64,000 nt of DNA from Candidatus Fervidifonticultor secundus (GCA_031459385.1 JAVKIP010000002.1:190091-254090); one strand, 5' to 3'. Positions 18,066 to 28,309 are shown, counted from the first letter of the stretch. Translations and numbers: made by a program. The notes: generated by a model from the letters alone, not told the origin.

Positions 18066-21000
18066 TCAACACCCCACCAGATCAGCCAGAATCTGCGCTG
18101 CCGGGCTGCTGGCCCACGCCCGCAGTGCGCCCAGGGCGCTGCGGGCCCGCTCGCCCTCAGCGTACCGCAGGGATCGGGTGAGATCCACGCGGTCGGCCAG
18201 GCCGGCCAGCGTGTAGCGAACGCCCTCCCCGAGGTCTTCGCGGGCAAGCACCCCGGCTTCTGTCAGGACGGCCAGGACGGCCTCAAGCTCGGCCGCCGTG
18301 CAGCCGGCCCCCTGGAGGGCAGGAGGATGCCCGGGCACGGCGTTGATGGATCCGCCCGCGGCGCGGATCGCGCGGTAGCAACGGGCGAGCGCCGCCCGCG
18401 ACGGAAAAACCGCGTCGAGCGCGGCTTCTGCTCCGGCCAGGTGGTCTGGCGGGTAGGCGAGGACCACCGTCGCGGCCCGCCCCCCCAGCCCGGCGAGCCC
18501 CAGTTCCTCCGCGGCCAGCAGAGGGTCGGGCCGCAGGGCCAGCGCAACGACGCGGCGCGCATCGGGTGGAATCGCGGGATCGGTCGCGTGGGTTCCGAGG
18601 ACCAGGCACGCAAGGCGCCCGGCGCCAAACAGGTCCTCGAGGACGCGTCGCAGCGTCGTCGGCAGTCCAGTGTGGTAGTAGGCCACCCGGTGGCGGCCTG
18701 TGCTCCCCTCGTGGAGACGCGTGGCCAGCGACACGCTGGCTGCGGGATCGGCGACCAGCACCAGCGTCTTCTCCAACCTGCCATCCGGCCGGCGGGCGGT
18801 AAGCCACGCGTCGGCATCCCGCCCGCGCCGGTCGATCACGCGCAGCGCCGCGCGTGGCCCGGTCCGAACCGCCGGCACCCCGAAGGCCCGCGCCGCGTGC
18901 CCGCCCAGGACAGCCGGCGGGATGGAGCCGATCAGGAGGCGCACTGCACCGCCGGCCCGATCGAGCAGGTGCTCGACCTCATCCGCTGCCACGGCGTCGC
19001 CCACCACCACCGCCGGAGCGGCCCGGTCGCTGTTGCGGTCGATCCAGGCCAGCGACGCGATCAGCAGGTCGAGCCGCCCACGCTCCAGGGCTTCGGCCAC
19101 CCGGCCGGCGGCGCCGGGCGAGACCGCCCCGTGGATCACGGCTGCCCGGACACCCAGGCGCCGCAGCCATGGTATCATCAATTCCCCCCACGCCTCCGCA
19201 ACCGCCGCACGCGGCACGGCCAGGACGACTGGCCGCCGGGTGGAGACCCATACCGCCAGGGCAGCCATGACGGCCGTGGGCACGAGCCCTCGCCCTGGAC
19301 CCAGCGGGAGGACCAGACGCTCGCCGCCCTGCAGCCGCGCCAGGATCTCGCGCTGCGCGGCCGTCGGCGCGCGGCCGCGCAACAGACGGGCAGCGAGGAA
19401 GTCCGTGAGGTCGGCGCCCGCCGGCCAGCGCGCCGACGGGGCCTGGCCTTCCTCCTCCTCCGGCCATGCCGGTGCCTCGCGCTCGACCAGGATGTTGAGA
19501 CCCCACGCGCGCTCCCCGCCGCCGGTCACTGCCACCGCCGTCGCCGCATACCGTGCACCGGCGTCCATGGCGGGGGCCAGATGCGCGGCGAGACGTGCGC
19601 GAAGGAAGCCGAGCGGGGTGCCATCGAGCCGCCGAACCTGCACCGCGTACGGGTCGCTCGGATTGCGGGGTTCGCGCACCAGGCGGAGTCGCTCTCCGGG
19701 CCTGACGGTCTGTACAGCAGCTTGGCGTCCCGCGTAGGTCACGCCGACGACCTTGGTGTGGAAGGCCTCGGCCTGCTCAAGCGGCCGCCGCTCGCCGTCG
19801 AGGTAGTCGGACGCGCGCGCGAAGAGCCGGTCCAACACCTGGACAGCATCGGCGGTCACGGCCTCCAGGTCTACCCCGGGCGTCGCCATGTCCACCGCGA
19901 CGAGCTGCACCGCCGGCGGATCTACCCAGGGATCCATCGCGAGGGTGTAGGCCAGGTCCACGCGCGCGCGAGTGAAGGCCAGGAGTTCGGCCTTCTCGCC
20001 GTGTCGAAAGGCGATCGCCTCGACCGTCCGGCGGCCGTCGCCGACCACCAGGCGCAGGTGCGCACCGTCGCCCACCAGCGTCGTGCCCACGGCCTGCAGG
20101 CCTCGCGTCAGGAACACCGGCTCGGGGTTGCCCGGCCCATGGGGCGCCAGGCGGCCCAGTGCGTCCACCAGCTCGGGCGAGAGCACGCTCAGGTCGACCT
20201 CGGCATCCGCCTCCACCACCGGGCGAAGATCCTCGGGCGTGACGCGAGTGGCCACGGCCTGCTCGAACGCGCGGGCGAACGCTGCGGTGGCGCCGGCAGC
20301 GATCACCAGCCCCGCGGCCATGGCGTGGCCCCCGTAGCCGAGCAGATGGCGGTCGGCCTCGCGAAGCGCCTCCAGCAGGTGCACGATCGGGATGCTGCGG
20401 GCCGAGCCCCGGCCGCGTTCTCCCTCGAGCGCGATCATCACCACGGGACGATGAAACCGCTCCACCAGCTGCGAGGCTACGATGCCGATCACACCTGGGT
20501 GCCAGCCCTCCTGCGCCAGGACGACGGCCGGCCGGTCGAGCAGACCCTCGCGCTCCACGCGCTCAAGCACCTCTGCCAGGACCGCGTCGCAGAGTTGGCG
20601 GCGCTGCGCGTTGAGCCGGTCGAGGCCCTCGGCCAGCGCCCGCGCTTCCTCCGGGTCATCGGTGAGCAGCAGGCGCACCGCGTCGCTCGCGTGGGCCAGC
20701 CTGCCGGCAGCATTGAGCCGCGGGGCCATGCCGTGTGAGATGTCCCGCACCGCAAAGGGCGGCCGCACGCCGGCCACCTCGACGAGCGCCGCGAGCCCCG
20801 GCCGATGCGGCCGCGCCAGGGACGCCAGTCCAGCAGCGACCAGCACACGGTTGTCCCCCAGCAGCGTCACGGCGTCTGCGACCGTGCCGATGGCGGCCAG
20901 GGGTACCAGGTCGTCGGGGACTGCGCGGCCCGCACGGCCAAACAGGGCCCGCGCAGCCTGGAAGGCCAGCCCGGCCGCGCAGTAGTCTTCGGGCGGCGGG

Positions 21001-21578
21001 GACGTCCGTTTGGGATTCACCAGCGCCGCAGCGGGCGGCAGGACCTCGGGGGGTTCGTGGTGGTCGAGCACCACCAGGTCCACGCCCGCGGCGCGGGCGG
21101 CCTCCGCAGCGGCGTGGGCCCCGGTGCCGCAGTCCACTGCCACCAGGAGCCGGATGCCGCGCCCGGCCAGGGCCGCGACGGCTTCCGGATGGAGCCCGTA
21201 GCCTTCCCGGCGCCGGTCGGGGATATAGAACTCGACGTTGCCCCCGAGGGCGCGCAGGGCGCGTACCAGGATTGCCGTGGCCGTCACGCCGTCGGCGTCG
21301 TAGTCGCCGTACACGGCCACGGGCCGGCGCGCACGGAGGGCAGCGTCGATGCACCCGACCGCCCGCGCCATGTCGCTCAGCCGGAGGGGGTTCTGGAGCC
21401 TGTCGAGCCGCGGGGCGAGGAACGCGTCGGCGGCCATGGGGTCGCGGAGCCCGCGGTTGACCAGCACCTGAGCGACCAGCGGGTGCAGGCCGAGCGCCGC
21501 CGACAGCGCCGTGGTCGCCGCCGGGTCGGCCGGGGCGATGCGCCAGCGCGGAGCCTGGTGGCGCGTCTGCGTCATCAC
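18066..21578 (-). CDS. recJ: ssDNA exonuclease RecJ fused to a HIRAN domain and a degenerate SF2 helicase-like region
   Basis: YGDYDADG, VDCG, DHH, PRLNAAGRL, GSARS and GGHAMAAG. HIRAN-like FHTKVVGVTY..REPRNPSDPYAV..LGFL. Helicase remnants LGPGRGLV and YYHTGL. Confidence 0.9.
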   Translation of the reverse strand: MMTQTRHQAPRWRIAPADPAATTALSAALGLHPLVAQVLVNRGLRDPMAADAFLAPRLDRLQNPLRLSDMARAVGCIDAALRARRPVAVYGDYDADGVTATAILVRALRALGGNVEFYIPDRRREGYGLHPEAVAALAGRGIRLLVAVDCGTGAHAAAEAARAAGVDLVVLDHHEPPEVLPPAAALVNPKRTSPPPEDYCAAGLAFQAARALFGRAGRAVPDDLVPLAAIGTVADAVTLLGDNRVLVAAGLASLARPHRPGLAALVEVAGVRPPFAVRDISHGMAPRLNAAGRLAHASDAVRLLLTDDPEEARALAEGLDRLNAQRRQLCDAVLAEVLERVEREGLLDRPAVVLAQEGWHPGVIGIVASQLVERFHRPVVMIALEGERGRGSARSIPIVHLLEALREADRHLLGYGGHAMAAGLVIAAGATAAFARAFEQAVATRVTPEDLRPVVEADAEVDLSVLSPELVDALGRLAPHGPGNPEPVFLTRGLQAVGTTLVGDGAHLRLVVGDGRRTVEAIAFRHGEKAELLAFTRARVDLAYTLAMDPWVDPPAVQLVAVDMATPGVDLEAVTADAVQVLDRLFARASDYLDGERRPLEQAEAFHTKVVGVTYAGRQAAVQTVRPGERLRLVREPRNPSDPYAVQVRRLDGTPLGFLRARLAAHLAPAMDAGARYAATAVAVTGGGERAWGLNILVEREAPAWPEEEEGQAPSARWPAGADLTDFLAARLLRGRAPTAAQREILARLQGGERLVLPLGPGRGLVPTAVMAALAVWVSTRRPVVLAVPRAAVAEAWGELMIPWLRRLGVRAAVIHGAVSPGAAGRVAEALERGRLDLLIASLAWIDRNSDRAAPAVVVGDAVAADEVEHLLDRAGGAVRLLIGSIPPAVLGGHAARAFGVPAVRTGPRAALRVIDRRGRDADAWLTARRPDGRLEKTLVLVADPAASVSLATRLHEGSTGRHRVAYYHTGLPTTLRRVLEDLFGAGRLACLVLGTHATDPAIPPDARRVVALALRPDPLLAAEELGLAGLGGRAATVVLAYPPDHLAGAEAALDAVFPSRAALARCYRAIRAAGGSINAVPGHPPALQGAGCTAAELEAVLAVLTEAGVLAREDLGEGVRYTLAGLADRVDLTRSLRYAEGERARSALGALRAWASSPAAQILADLVGC

Positions 21579-21620
21579 CCCACTACGGCTCGCGCCAGGG
21601 GAGAGAACCTGCGGCCGGTC

Positions 21621-21899
21621 CTATGGGCGATCCTGGCGCTCCGCCGATGGGCGGGCAGCCTCCAGTTCGCGCACGCGGGCCTGCAGGTCGCGCACCCGTG
21701 CGCGGAGGTGCTGCTGCCCCAGCAGGCTGCTGATGAACACCAGGACGCCGCCGACCACCGCGCCGCCGACCACCGCCAGAGCCACTGTCGTCTGCGCCCG
21801 CCAGACCAGGAACCGGAGCACGACCGGCTCGGGGTTGTACAGGGCGAAGACGGTGACCCCGACCAGCAGGATTAACGCGAAGAGCGTGAACGCCGACAC
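21621..21899 (-). CDS. LapA-family (DUF1049) membrane protein
   Basis: Two hydrophobic segments, FALYNPEPV.L.FL.W and a C-terminal coiled coil. Confidence 0.8.
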   Translation of the reverse strand: MSAFTLFALILLVGVTVFALYNPEPVVLRFLVWRAQTTVALAVVGGAVVGGVLVFISSLLGQQHLRARVRDLQARVRELEAARPSAERQDRP

Positions 21900-21907
21900 G
21901 CGGGCTC

Positions 21908-22897
21908 CTAGCGCCGGCGGGGCCGGCGGCGCGCCGGCGCCGCCGGCACGGCCGCGGGTTCGGCGTCCGCGGTCCGCGCCAGCGGTCGGGCCGGGGCCTC
22001 CTCCCGCCGCCCGGTCCGGCGATCCGTCCACAGATGCCAGTCGACCAGCAGGGCGCTGGCATTGAACACCGACGAGTACCCCCCGGTCAGAATGCCGATC
22101 ATCAGGCCGAAGGCGAAGTCGCGCACCGTCACGCCCCCGAAGACGTACACGGCACCGATCGCCATGACCGTGGTCAGACCGGTCGTAATCGACCGCGCCA
22201 GCACCTCGAGGATGCTGCGGTTGACCAGCCGGTCGAAGGGCTCGCGGGGACGCTGGGCCAGGTTCTCGCGGATGCGGTCGTAGACGATGATCGTGTCGTT
22301 GATGGAGTACCCGACCACGGTCAGCAGCACAGCCACGAACGTACTGTTGACTTCCTTGCGGGTCAGGGCGAAGACCCCGACCACCAGCAGGAGGTCGTGC
22401 AGCAGCGCCATGTCAGCCGTCAGTGCGTACCGCACCGACTTGAACCGGTAGGAGATGTACAGCACCTGCAGCGCCAGCCCCAGCACGACCGCCACGATGG
22501 CGATGTTCCGGAGCTCGCGCCCGATCTTTGGCCCGACCTCCTCCTCCCGCAACACCGTCAGCCGGCCGAACGTCTGCCGGAGGTCGGCCAGCAGGGCCCG
22601 CTTCGCGTCGTCGTCGAGCGGTCGCGTACGGATGATGGCTTCCTGCCCCGCTTTCTGGATGATGCTCTCGCCGGTGGCATGCCGATCGACCACCGCTCGC
22701 ACGTCGGCTACCTCGAACGGCCGCTCGATGACGAACTGGAAGAAATCGCCGCCGGTGAAGTCGATCCCCCAGTTGAGCGCACCCCGGCCGGCGGCGACGT
22801 TGATCACCAGTGCCGCCACACCGGGGACGATGAGCGCCACCGACAGCAGGTAGCCCCAGCGCCGGGCGCCGATGATGTCCCAGGGCCGCGTGCTCAT
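21908..22897 (-). CDS. secF: Protein translocase subunit SecF
   Basis: GIDFTGG, VGPKIG, LLHD and GYSINDTIIVYDRIREN. Confidence 0.95.
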   Translation of the reverse strand: MSTRPWDIIGARRWGYLLSVALIVPGVAALVINVAAGRGALNWGIDFTGGDFFQFVIERPFEVADVRAVVDRHATGESIIQKAGQEAIIRTRPLDDDAKRALLADLRQTFGRLTVLREEEVGPKIGRELRNIAIVAVVLGLALQVLYISYRFKSVRYALTADMALLHDLLLVVGVFALTRKEVNSTFVAVLLTVVGYSINDTIIVYDRIRENLAQRPREPFDRLVNRSILEVLARSITTGLTTVMAIGAVYVFGGVTVRDFAFGLMIGILTGGYSSVFNASALLVDWHLWTDRRTGRREEAPARPLARTADAEPAAVPAAPARRRPRRR

Positions 22898-24258
22898 CGC
22901 GCCACCGGCCCGGCCACGCGGACCAGCGCGGCGCCCAGCCCCGCGGCCACGGCCCCGTCCACGAACACCCGGGTCACGACGATCGCCGAGAACATGCTGG
23001 CCAGCACGCCCAGGCTCAGCGTGACCGCGAACCCCCGAATCGGACCGCTGCCCAGCAGGAACAGGACCACGCCGGCGAGCAGGGTCGTCACGTTGGAGTC
23101 GAGGATGGCGGACATGGCGCGGCTCCAGCCGGCCGTGATCGCAGCCCGCAGCGTCTTCCCGGCGCGCAGTTCCTCCTTGGTGCGCTCGAAGATGATCACA
23201 TTGGCGTCGACCGCCATGCCCACCGACAGGATCAGCCCGGCGATGCCGGGCAGGGTCAGCGTCGCGTGCAGCCCCACCAGCAGCGCCAGCACCACGAGGA
23301 GGTAGACGCCCAGGGCGAGGGCGGCCAGGAGCCCCGGCAGGCCATAGTAGAGGACCATGAACCCGACGACGGCAGCCCCCGCGACCCAGCCGGCCTTGAC
23401 GCTGGCATCGATCGAATCGCGACCCAGCTGCGGCCCGACGGTGCGGTTCTCCACGACCTCCACGGGAATGGGCAGGGCGCCGCCCCGCAGCAGTACCGCC
23501 AGGTCCCGGGCCTCCTCGATGGACTGGAAGCCACCGCTGATGACTCCGCGCCCGCCCGTGATACGGTCGCGGATCACCGGCGACGAGATCACCTCATTGT
23601 CGAGCACGATGGTCAGGTAGCGTCCGATGTTCTTCCCGGTGAACTCCTCGAACACGCGTCCGCCACGACTGTGGAACTCAAACTGCACGATGGGCTCCGC
23701 CGTGGTCTGATCGAACGCGGCGCGGGCATCTCGGAGATCGCCGCCCGTCAGGATGACAGTCTTCGGCAGCGCCAGCGGCGCAGGCGCCGGCTGGCCGGGC
23801 GCGGGCGGGGGCAGGGTCACCGTCTTGCCGTCGGCGCTCCACCGCGCGCCCTCCGGCAGCCGCTGCGCCCCGGTGTCCACGAACTCCAGCAGCGCGGTCT
23901 TCCCGATGAGGCGGATGGCTCGCTCGGGTTCGTCGATACCGGGCAGCTCGACGATGATCCGGCTGGTGCCCTGTCGCTGGATCGTCGGCTCCACGACCCC
24001 CAGCTGGTCGATGCGGCGCTCGATGACGCGCATGGCCGCGTCCACGGCGTCGGGTGTGGCCTTCGTGGTCGGCGAGTCCCGGCCCTCGAGCACCAGCAGG
24101 CTCCCGCCCCGCAGATCCAACCCGAGGTTCATGCGCAGGGCTACACCCTGCCACTGCGGGCGCCAGCCGCGCACGCGCACCGGCTGGAACGCCACCTGCA
24201 GCGCGACGACGGCGACGAGCAGGATCAGGACCAGCCGGAGGCCGAGCCGCGATCCCAA
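22894..24258 (-). CDS. secD: Protein translocase subunit SecD
   Basis: LGLDLRGG, RRIDQLGVVEP, VGPQLG, GMAVDANVIIFER and DSNVTT. Likely TTG start at 24258 after AAGGAG. Confidence 0.95.
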   Translation of the reverse strand: MGSRLGLRLVLILLVAVVALQVAFQPVRVRGWRPQWQGVALRMNLGLDLRGGSLLVLEGRDSPTTKATPDAVDAAMRVIERRIDQLGVVEPTIQRQGTSRIIVELPGIDEPERAIRLIGKTALLEFVDTGAQRLPEGARWSADGKTVTLPPPAPGQPAPAPLALPKTVILTGGDLRDARAAFDQTTAEPIVQFEFHSRGGRVFEEFTGKNIGRYLTIVLDNEVISSPVIRDRITGGRGVISGGFQSIEEARDLAVLLRGGALPIPVEVVENRTVGPQLGRDSIDASVKAGWVAGAAVVGFMVLYYGLPGLLAALALGVYLLVVLALLVGLHATLTLPGIAGLILSVGMAVDANVIIFERTKEELRAGKTLRAAITAGWSRAMSAILDSNVTTLLAGVVLFLLGSGPIRGFAVTLSLGVLASMFSAIVVTRVFVDGAVAAGLGAALVRVAGPVAR

Positions 24259-24326
24259 CGAGCCATCTCCTTTCGAGACCCGCGAGGCGTACACAGGCGC
24301 AAAAAAAGAGGGCCACAGCCCGGCTC

Positions 24327-24356
24327 ATTATAGCCGCGGGCAGAATCCAGTGTCAA
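24327..24356 (-). promoter_or_regulatory. Consensus SigA promoter for the secD operon
   Basis: TTGACA-N18-TATAAT. Confidence 0.85.
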
Positions 24357-24481
24357 ACTGCCGCGGCTGCCGATGCCAGCGCAGCGCGCGGCACCGCCAG
24401 GGGACGACGGCGGGCCGGGCGAACCCACGGCCTGTGGGGCTCTTCTCGCAGTCGGCCGGTGCCGTCCCGGCGCCCATCCGT

Positions 24482-25378
24482 GTGCGCGCCTGCGAGGTGT
24501 TCGTGGGCACGTGCTCGTGGGCCGATCGGGGGATGGTGACCAGCGACTTCTACCCGCGCGGTCGCCGCGCCGACCCGCAGGCGCGGCTGCAGCACTATGC
24601 CGCGGTCTTCCCTACCGTCGAGGTGGACGCGTCCTACCATGCGTTGCAGCCCCCCGAGCGCGCGCGGCAGTGGGTGGCGTGGACCCCGCCCTCGTTCCGC
24701 TTCAACGTCAAGGCGTTCGCCTGGCTGACCCAGCACGAGAGCGACCCGCGGCGTCTCCCACCAGGCATCGCGGCGCTGCTACCGGCCGGGCTGCGGAACG
24801 GCGGCCCCGTGGCCGGCTCGCGCGTCCCTGAGGAGGCGCTGGCAGCCGCCTGGGACGCCTTCGCGGCGTTCGTCGACGTCTTCGCCCGGGCGGGCAGGCT
24901 CGGCTACGTCCTGTTCCAGTTCCCCAAGGGGCGCGGCTTCTCGCCGGATCTCCTGGCCTACCTCGACACGTGGGAGCCGTACCTGCGCGGCTGGCCCGTG
25001 GCCGTCGAGATCCGTCACCGCGACTGGCTGTACCGGCACCACCGCGAGATCTTCCTTCGCTACCTGCGCGATCGGCGCTTCGCCTACGTCATCCCCGACC
25101 TGGCCCGGGCGGGCTACCTGCCGCCGCCGGAGCCGGTGGTCACCACCGACTGGTCGGTGGTGCGCTTCCACGGTCGCAACCCGGCCCTGCTGGACCGACG
25201 GGCCTCCACCGACCGGGCGTACGACTACCTGTACTCGTTCGAGGAGCTCCAGGCGTGGGCCCGGCGTGCACAGGGACTCGCCGAGGACGTGCGGACGCTG
25301 TACTTGATGTTCAACAACCACGCGCGAGGGCAGGCCGCGCGCAACGCCCGGCAGATGCTCGACCTGCTGGTCTCCTGA
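24482..25378 (+). CDS. DUF72 domain-containing protein (start approximate)
   Basis: VGTCSW, FYP, TVEVDASYH, F.VKA, LFQFP, AVEIRH, RFHGRN, YDYLYS and FNNH. Confidence 0.88.
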   Translation: MRACEVFVGTCSWADRGMVTSDFYPRGRRADPQARLQHYAAVFPTVEVDASYHALQPPERARQWVAWTPPSFRFNVKAFAWLTQHESDPRRLPPGIAALLPAGLRNGGPVAGSRVPEEALAAAWDAFAAFVDVFARAGRLGYVLFQFPKGRGFSPDLLAYLDTWEPYLRGWPVAVEIRHRDWLYRHHREIFLRYLRDRRFAYVIPDLARAGYLPPPEPVVTTDWSVVRFHGRNPALLDRRASTDRAYDYLYSFEELQAWARRAQGLAEDVRTLYLMFNNHARGQAARNARQMLDLLVS

Positions 25379-25408
25379 GGCGCTGCCCGGGCAGGCGCTG
25401 CCGGACGC

Positions 25409-26086
25409 CTACAGGTCGGGAATCTGCCAGTCGATCTCGCCCCGGCCGGCCGCGCGCAGCGCGGCGTTCACCCGGCTGAACGGCCGGCTGCCGAAGAAGC
25501 CGTAGCGTGCCGAATGCGGCGACGGATGTGCGCCCTCGACCACGACGTGCCGCGTCTGGTCGATCAGCGCCCGTGCACGCCGGGCGTCGCGGCCCCACAG
25601 CATGAAGACCACTCGATGGCGCTTCGCGTTGACCGCACGGATGATCGCGCCGGTGAATCGCTCCCAGCCGCGCCCTCGGTGCGCTCCGGGCTCGCCGGCC
25701 CGCACCGTGAGCACGGTGTTGAGCAGCAACACTCCCTGTCGGGCCCACGGGACCAGGCAGCCGTTGTTGGGGATGCGGCAGCCCAGGTCGTCGCGCAGCT
25801 CCTGGAAGATGTTGGCCAGCGACGGCGGCACCGGCACGCCCGGCGGTACGGAGAAGCTCAGCCCGTGCGCCTGGCCCGCGCCCGGGTAGGGATCCTGCCC
25901 GAGGAGCACCACTCGCACCCGGGCGTACGGGGTGTACCGCAGGGCGGCGAAGACGTCCCGCGCGGGCGGGTAGACGACCGCCCGGCGGCGCTCGGCCCTC
26001 AGGAAAGCCCACAGCCGGCGAACGTACGGCTGGTCCAGTTCGGCGCCGACCACACGCCGCCAGTCGCCCGGCAGGGCGGGCGTCAT
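25409..26086 (-). CDS. ung: Uracil-DNA glycosylase (family 1)
   Basis: GQDPYP, AHGLSFS, PPSL.NI, GVLLLN and HPSP. Confidence 0.95.
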   Translation of the reverse strand: MTPALPGDWRRVVGAELDQPYVRRLWAFLRAERRRAVVYPPARDVFAALRYTPYARVRVVLLGQDPYPGAGQAHGLSFSVPPGVPVPPSLANIFQELRDDLGCRIPNNGCLVPWARQGVLLLNTVLTVRAGEPGAHRGRGWERFTGAIIRAVNAKRHRVVFMLWGRDARRARALIDQTRHVVVEGAHPSPHSARYGFFGSRPFSRVNAALRAAGRGEIDWQIPDL

Positions 26087-26925
26087 GGAGGCGCCACGTG
26101 GAAGCGCAGGTACCACTCCCGCATCTCCGGCGCGCGGTACTGGTACTCGCTGATGAGGACCAGACGCGCCCGCGCCCCACCCAGCAGACCGGCCAGGACA
26201 CGCGGGTCCGGCACGCCGGCGATCTGCGGGGTCACGGTCAGGAACAGTTCGTCGACCAGGCCCGCAGCGAACAGCCCGCGGTTGAACACCGGCCCGCCCT
26301 CCGCCAGCACCCGACGCCAGCCGCGGGCTGCCAGCAGCCCCAGGGCCGTGGCGAGATCGACCTGGCCGTCCGGCCCCGCCGGGGTCACGATGACCTCCGC
26401 ACCCGCGGCCTCCAGCCGGCGGCGGTCGGCGTCGCGTGCGAGTTCGGTCGTGAGCACCACCGGCTGGACGTCCCCCCGCGTGAAGAACCGCTTGGCGTAC
26501 ACGGCGGCGTCGAACTCGGCCCGGCGGGTCACCACGACCGCGGCGGGATTCGCGGGTCGGCCCGCGGCCCGTCGCGCTTCCTGGAGCGCCGGATGCGTCA
26601 CCGCCACCACGTCGTTTCGCCGCAGCGTGCCCGCGCCGCTGAGGACCGCATCGGCCCATCCACGCAGCGTGTGGAAGAGGTAGTGATCCACGGCCGACCC
26701 GATCGACCAGGCTCTGCCCTCGACGGCGACGCCGCCGTCGAGGGTCTGCACCATGTTCACGATCACCGCCGGCCGGCCCGGGCGGCTGGGGACATCGAGC
26801 TCGCGGTAGACCTCTGCCAGGGGCACGGCCAGGGGATGGGGTCGGCGGGCATCGTAGACCAGGTGGAGCACCTCGGGCAGCGCCGCGGGAGGTCGGTGGC
26901 GGGGGGCCGATGCGTCAGAAGTCAA
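26083..26925 (-). CDS. RibD C-terminal / dihydrofolate reductase-like protein (start approximate)
   Basis: NMVQTLDG, ADAVLSGAGTLR, LAEGGP and GLVDELFLTVTP. No deaminase domain. Confidence 0.8.
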   Translation of the reverse strand: MTSDASAPRHRPPAALPEVLHLVYDARRPHPLAVPLAEVYRELDVPSRPGRPAVIVNMVQTLDGGVAVEGRAWSIGSAVDHYLFHTLRGWADAVLSGAGTLRRNDVVAVTHPALQEARRAAGRPANPAAVVVTRRAEFDAAVYAKRFFTRGDVQPVVLTTELARDADRRRLEAAGAEVIVTPAGPDGQVDLATALGLLAARGWRRVLAEGGPVFNRGLFAAGLVDELFLTVTPQIAGVPDPRVLAGLLGGARARLVLISEYQYRAPEMREWYLRFHVAPP

Positions 26926-28309
26926 TGACCGCGCCCGCCTGCACGAGCCGCCGCTGCACCTCGCGCACCAGGTCCGGCTGTTCGACCAGTTGCCGCGGGG
27001 TGAGCCCGTGCTCGACGGCCACCGCCGCGGCCACGCCGGCCGCCTCGCCCATCGCCATGGTGGTGGGCACCACGCGCGCGGACCCCGTCGCCTGATAGGT
27101 CGCGGAGAACGCCCGGCTGGCCACGAGCAGACCATCTGCGCCGGCGGCGACCAGGGCGCGCAGCGGGATGGTATACATTCGGCGGACCGGTTTGAACGGG
27201 TACTGCTCGCCCTTCTTGTACTGGTGGAGGTCGACCGGGTACGACCCGGTCGCCACGCGGTCCCAGAACACCCTGCTGGCAGCGATATCCTCCGCGGTGA
27301 GCGTGTACAGTCCGGCCAGATGGCGGGTCTCGCGGATGTAGAGCTCCGGCGCGATCTCCACCAGCCGGGCGCGTTCGAACCCCGGGACGTGGGCGCGGAG
27401 GTAATCCAGCAGCCGGGGGATCTCGCGCCGGGCGCGCTCGTAGCCGTCACGGACCGAGGCGGGATCGGTACCGTCCACGTCGTGAATCTGCAGGGCATTG
27501 ATGAGGACCGTACTATCTGGCAGGCGTCCCAGGTTCAGATCGTGCGCCGACAGCCTGTCGTCGGCAGCCTGGTAATCGAACATCAGCTCGCGAAAGCCCC
27601 AGGCATATCCGCGGAAGAACCCACTGGGCTGCCGCCCACGCCGGTGCGACCACGCGAAGTGCACCACCGCGCGCCAGTCCACATCGGCCACTCTGAACAT
27701 CAGGGTGGCGGGCATCGCGCGCCGGTCGAGTCCCGACGTCTCTCGGCCGTAGGTGAACCGGACCCCTGCCGCCGCGGCAACGTCACCGTCGTCGGTGGCG
27801 TCGATGACAACGGCGGCCCGGATCGTCCGCATCTCCCCGTCCCAGGAGCGCACGACCGTGCCTACGACGCGGCCTGCTTCGCGGATGGGCTGCAGGGTGT
27901 CGGTCCGGAGGAACAACGTGATGCCGGGCTCGCGCTCAACGAGTTCGCGCAGGACGCGCTGCGCGTGCCGCGGGTCGAACGTGATGCCGCCGATCTTCTC
28001 GTAGACCTCGAGGAAGATGCCCTTGATGAGGTGGTCGCCGTCAGGCTTGCGGCTGAGATCGATCATGTTGAGCATGGCGCCAGTCCACACGGTGCCCAGG
28101 TACGGGCGCCGTTCTACCAGCGCCACCGCCCGGCCCTGGCGTGCGGCAGCCAGGGCCGCCGCCACCCCGGCAGGGCTGCCCCCGACCACGAGCACATCGG
28201 TCGGGAACACCGGAGGGCGCAGGTCGGGGCGCAGCGCCTGCGGCCGTACGGCCACCAGCAGCGTGGCGCCCAGGCACACCGCCAGCACGATGCTGGCCCG
28301 GCCCCGCAC
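26915..28309 (-). CDS. FAD-dependent oxidoreductase with an N-terminal hydrophobic or signal segment
   Basis: DVLVVGGSPAGVAAALAAAR, IDATDDGD, YIRETRH, YPVDLH and ARVVPTTMAMGEAAG. Confidence 0.85.
   Translation of the reverse strand: MRGRASIVLAVCLGATLLVAVRPQALRPDLRPPVFPTDVLVVGGSPAGVAAALAAARQGRAVALVERRPYLGTVWTGAMLNMIDLSRKPDGDHLIKGIFLEVYEKIGGITFDPRHAQRVLRELVEREPGITLFLRTDTLQPIREAGRVVGTVVRSWDGEMRTIRAAVVIDATDDGDVAAAAGVRFTYGRETSGLDRRAMPATLMFRVADVDWRAVVHFAWSHRRGRQPSGFFRGYAWGFRELMFDYQAADDRLSAHDLNLGRLPDSTVLINALQIHDVDGTDPASVRDGYERARREIPRLLDYLRAHVPGFERARLVEIAPELYIRETRHLAGLYTLTAEDIAASRVFWDRVATGSYPVDLHQYKKGEQYPFKPVRRMYTIPLRALVAAGADGLLVASRAFSATYQATGSARVVPTTMAMGEAAGVAAAVAVEHGLTPRQLVEQPDLVREVQRRLVQAGAVIDF

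Noticed and set aside
18327..20738. 803-aa plus-strand ORF
   Set aside because: Antisense shadow of the recJ fusion.
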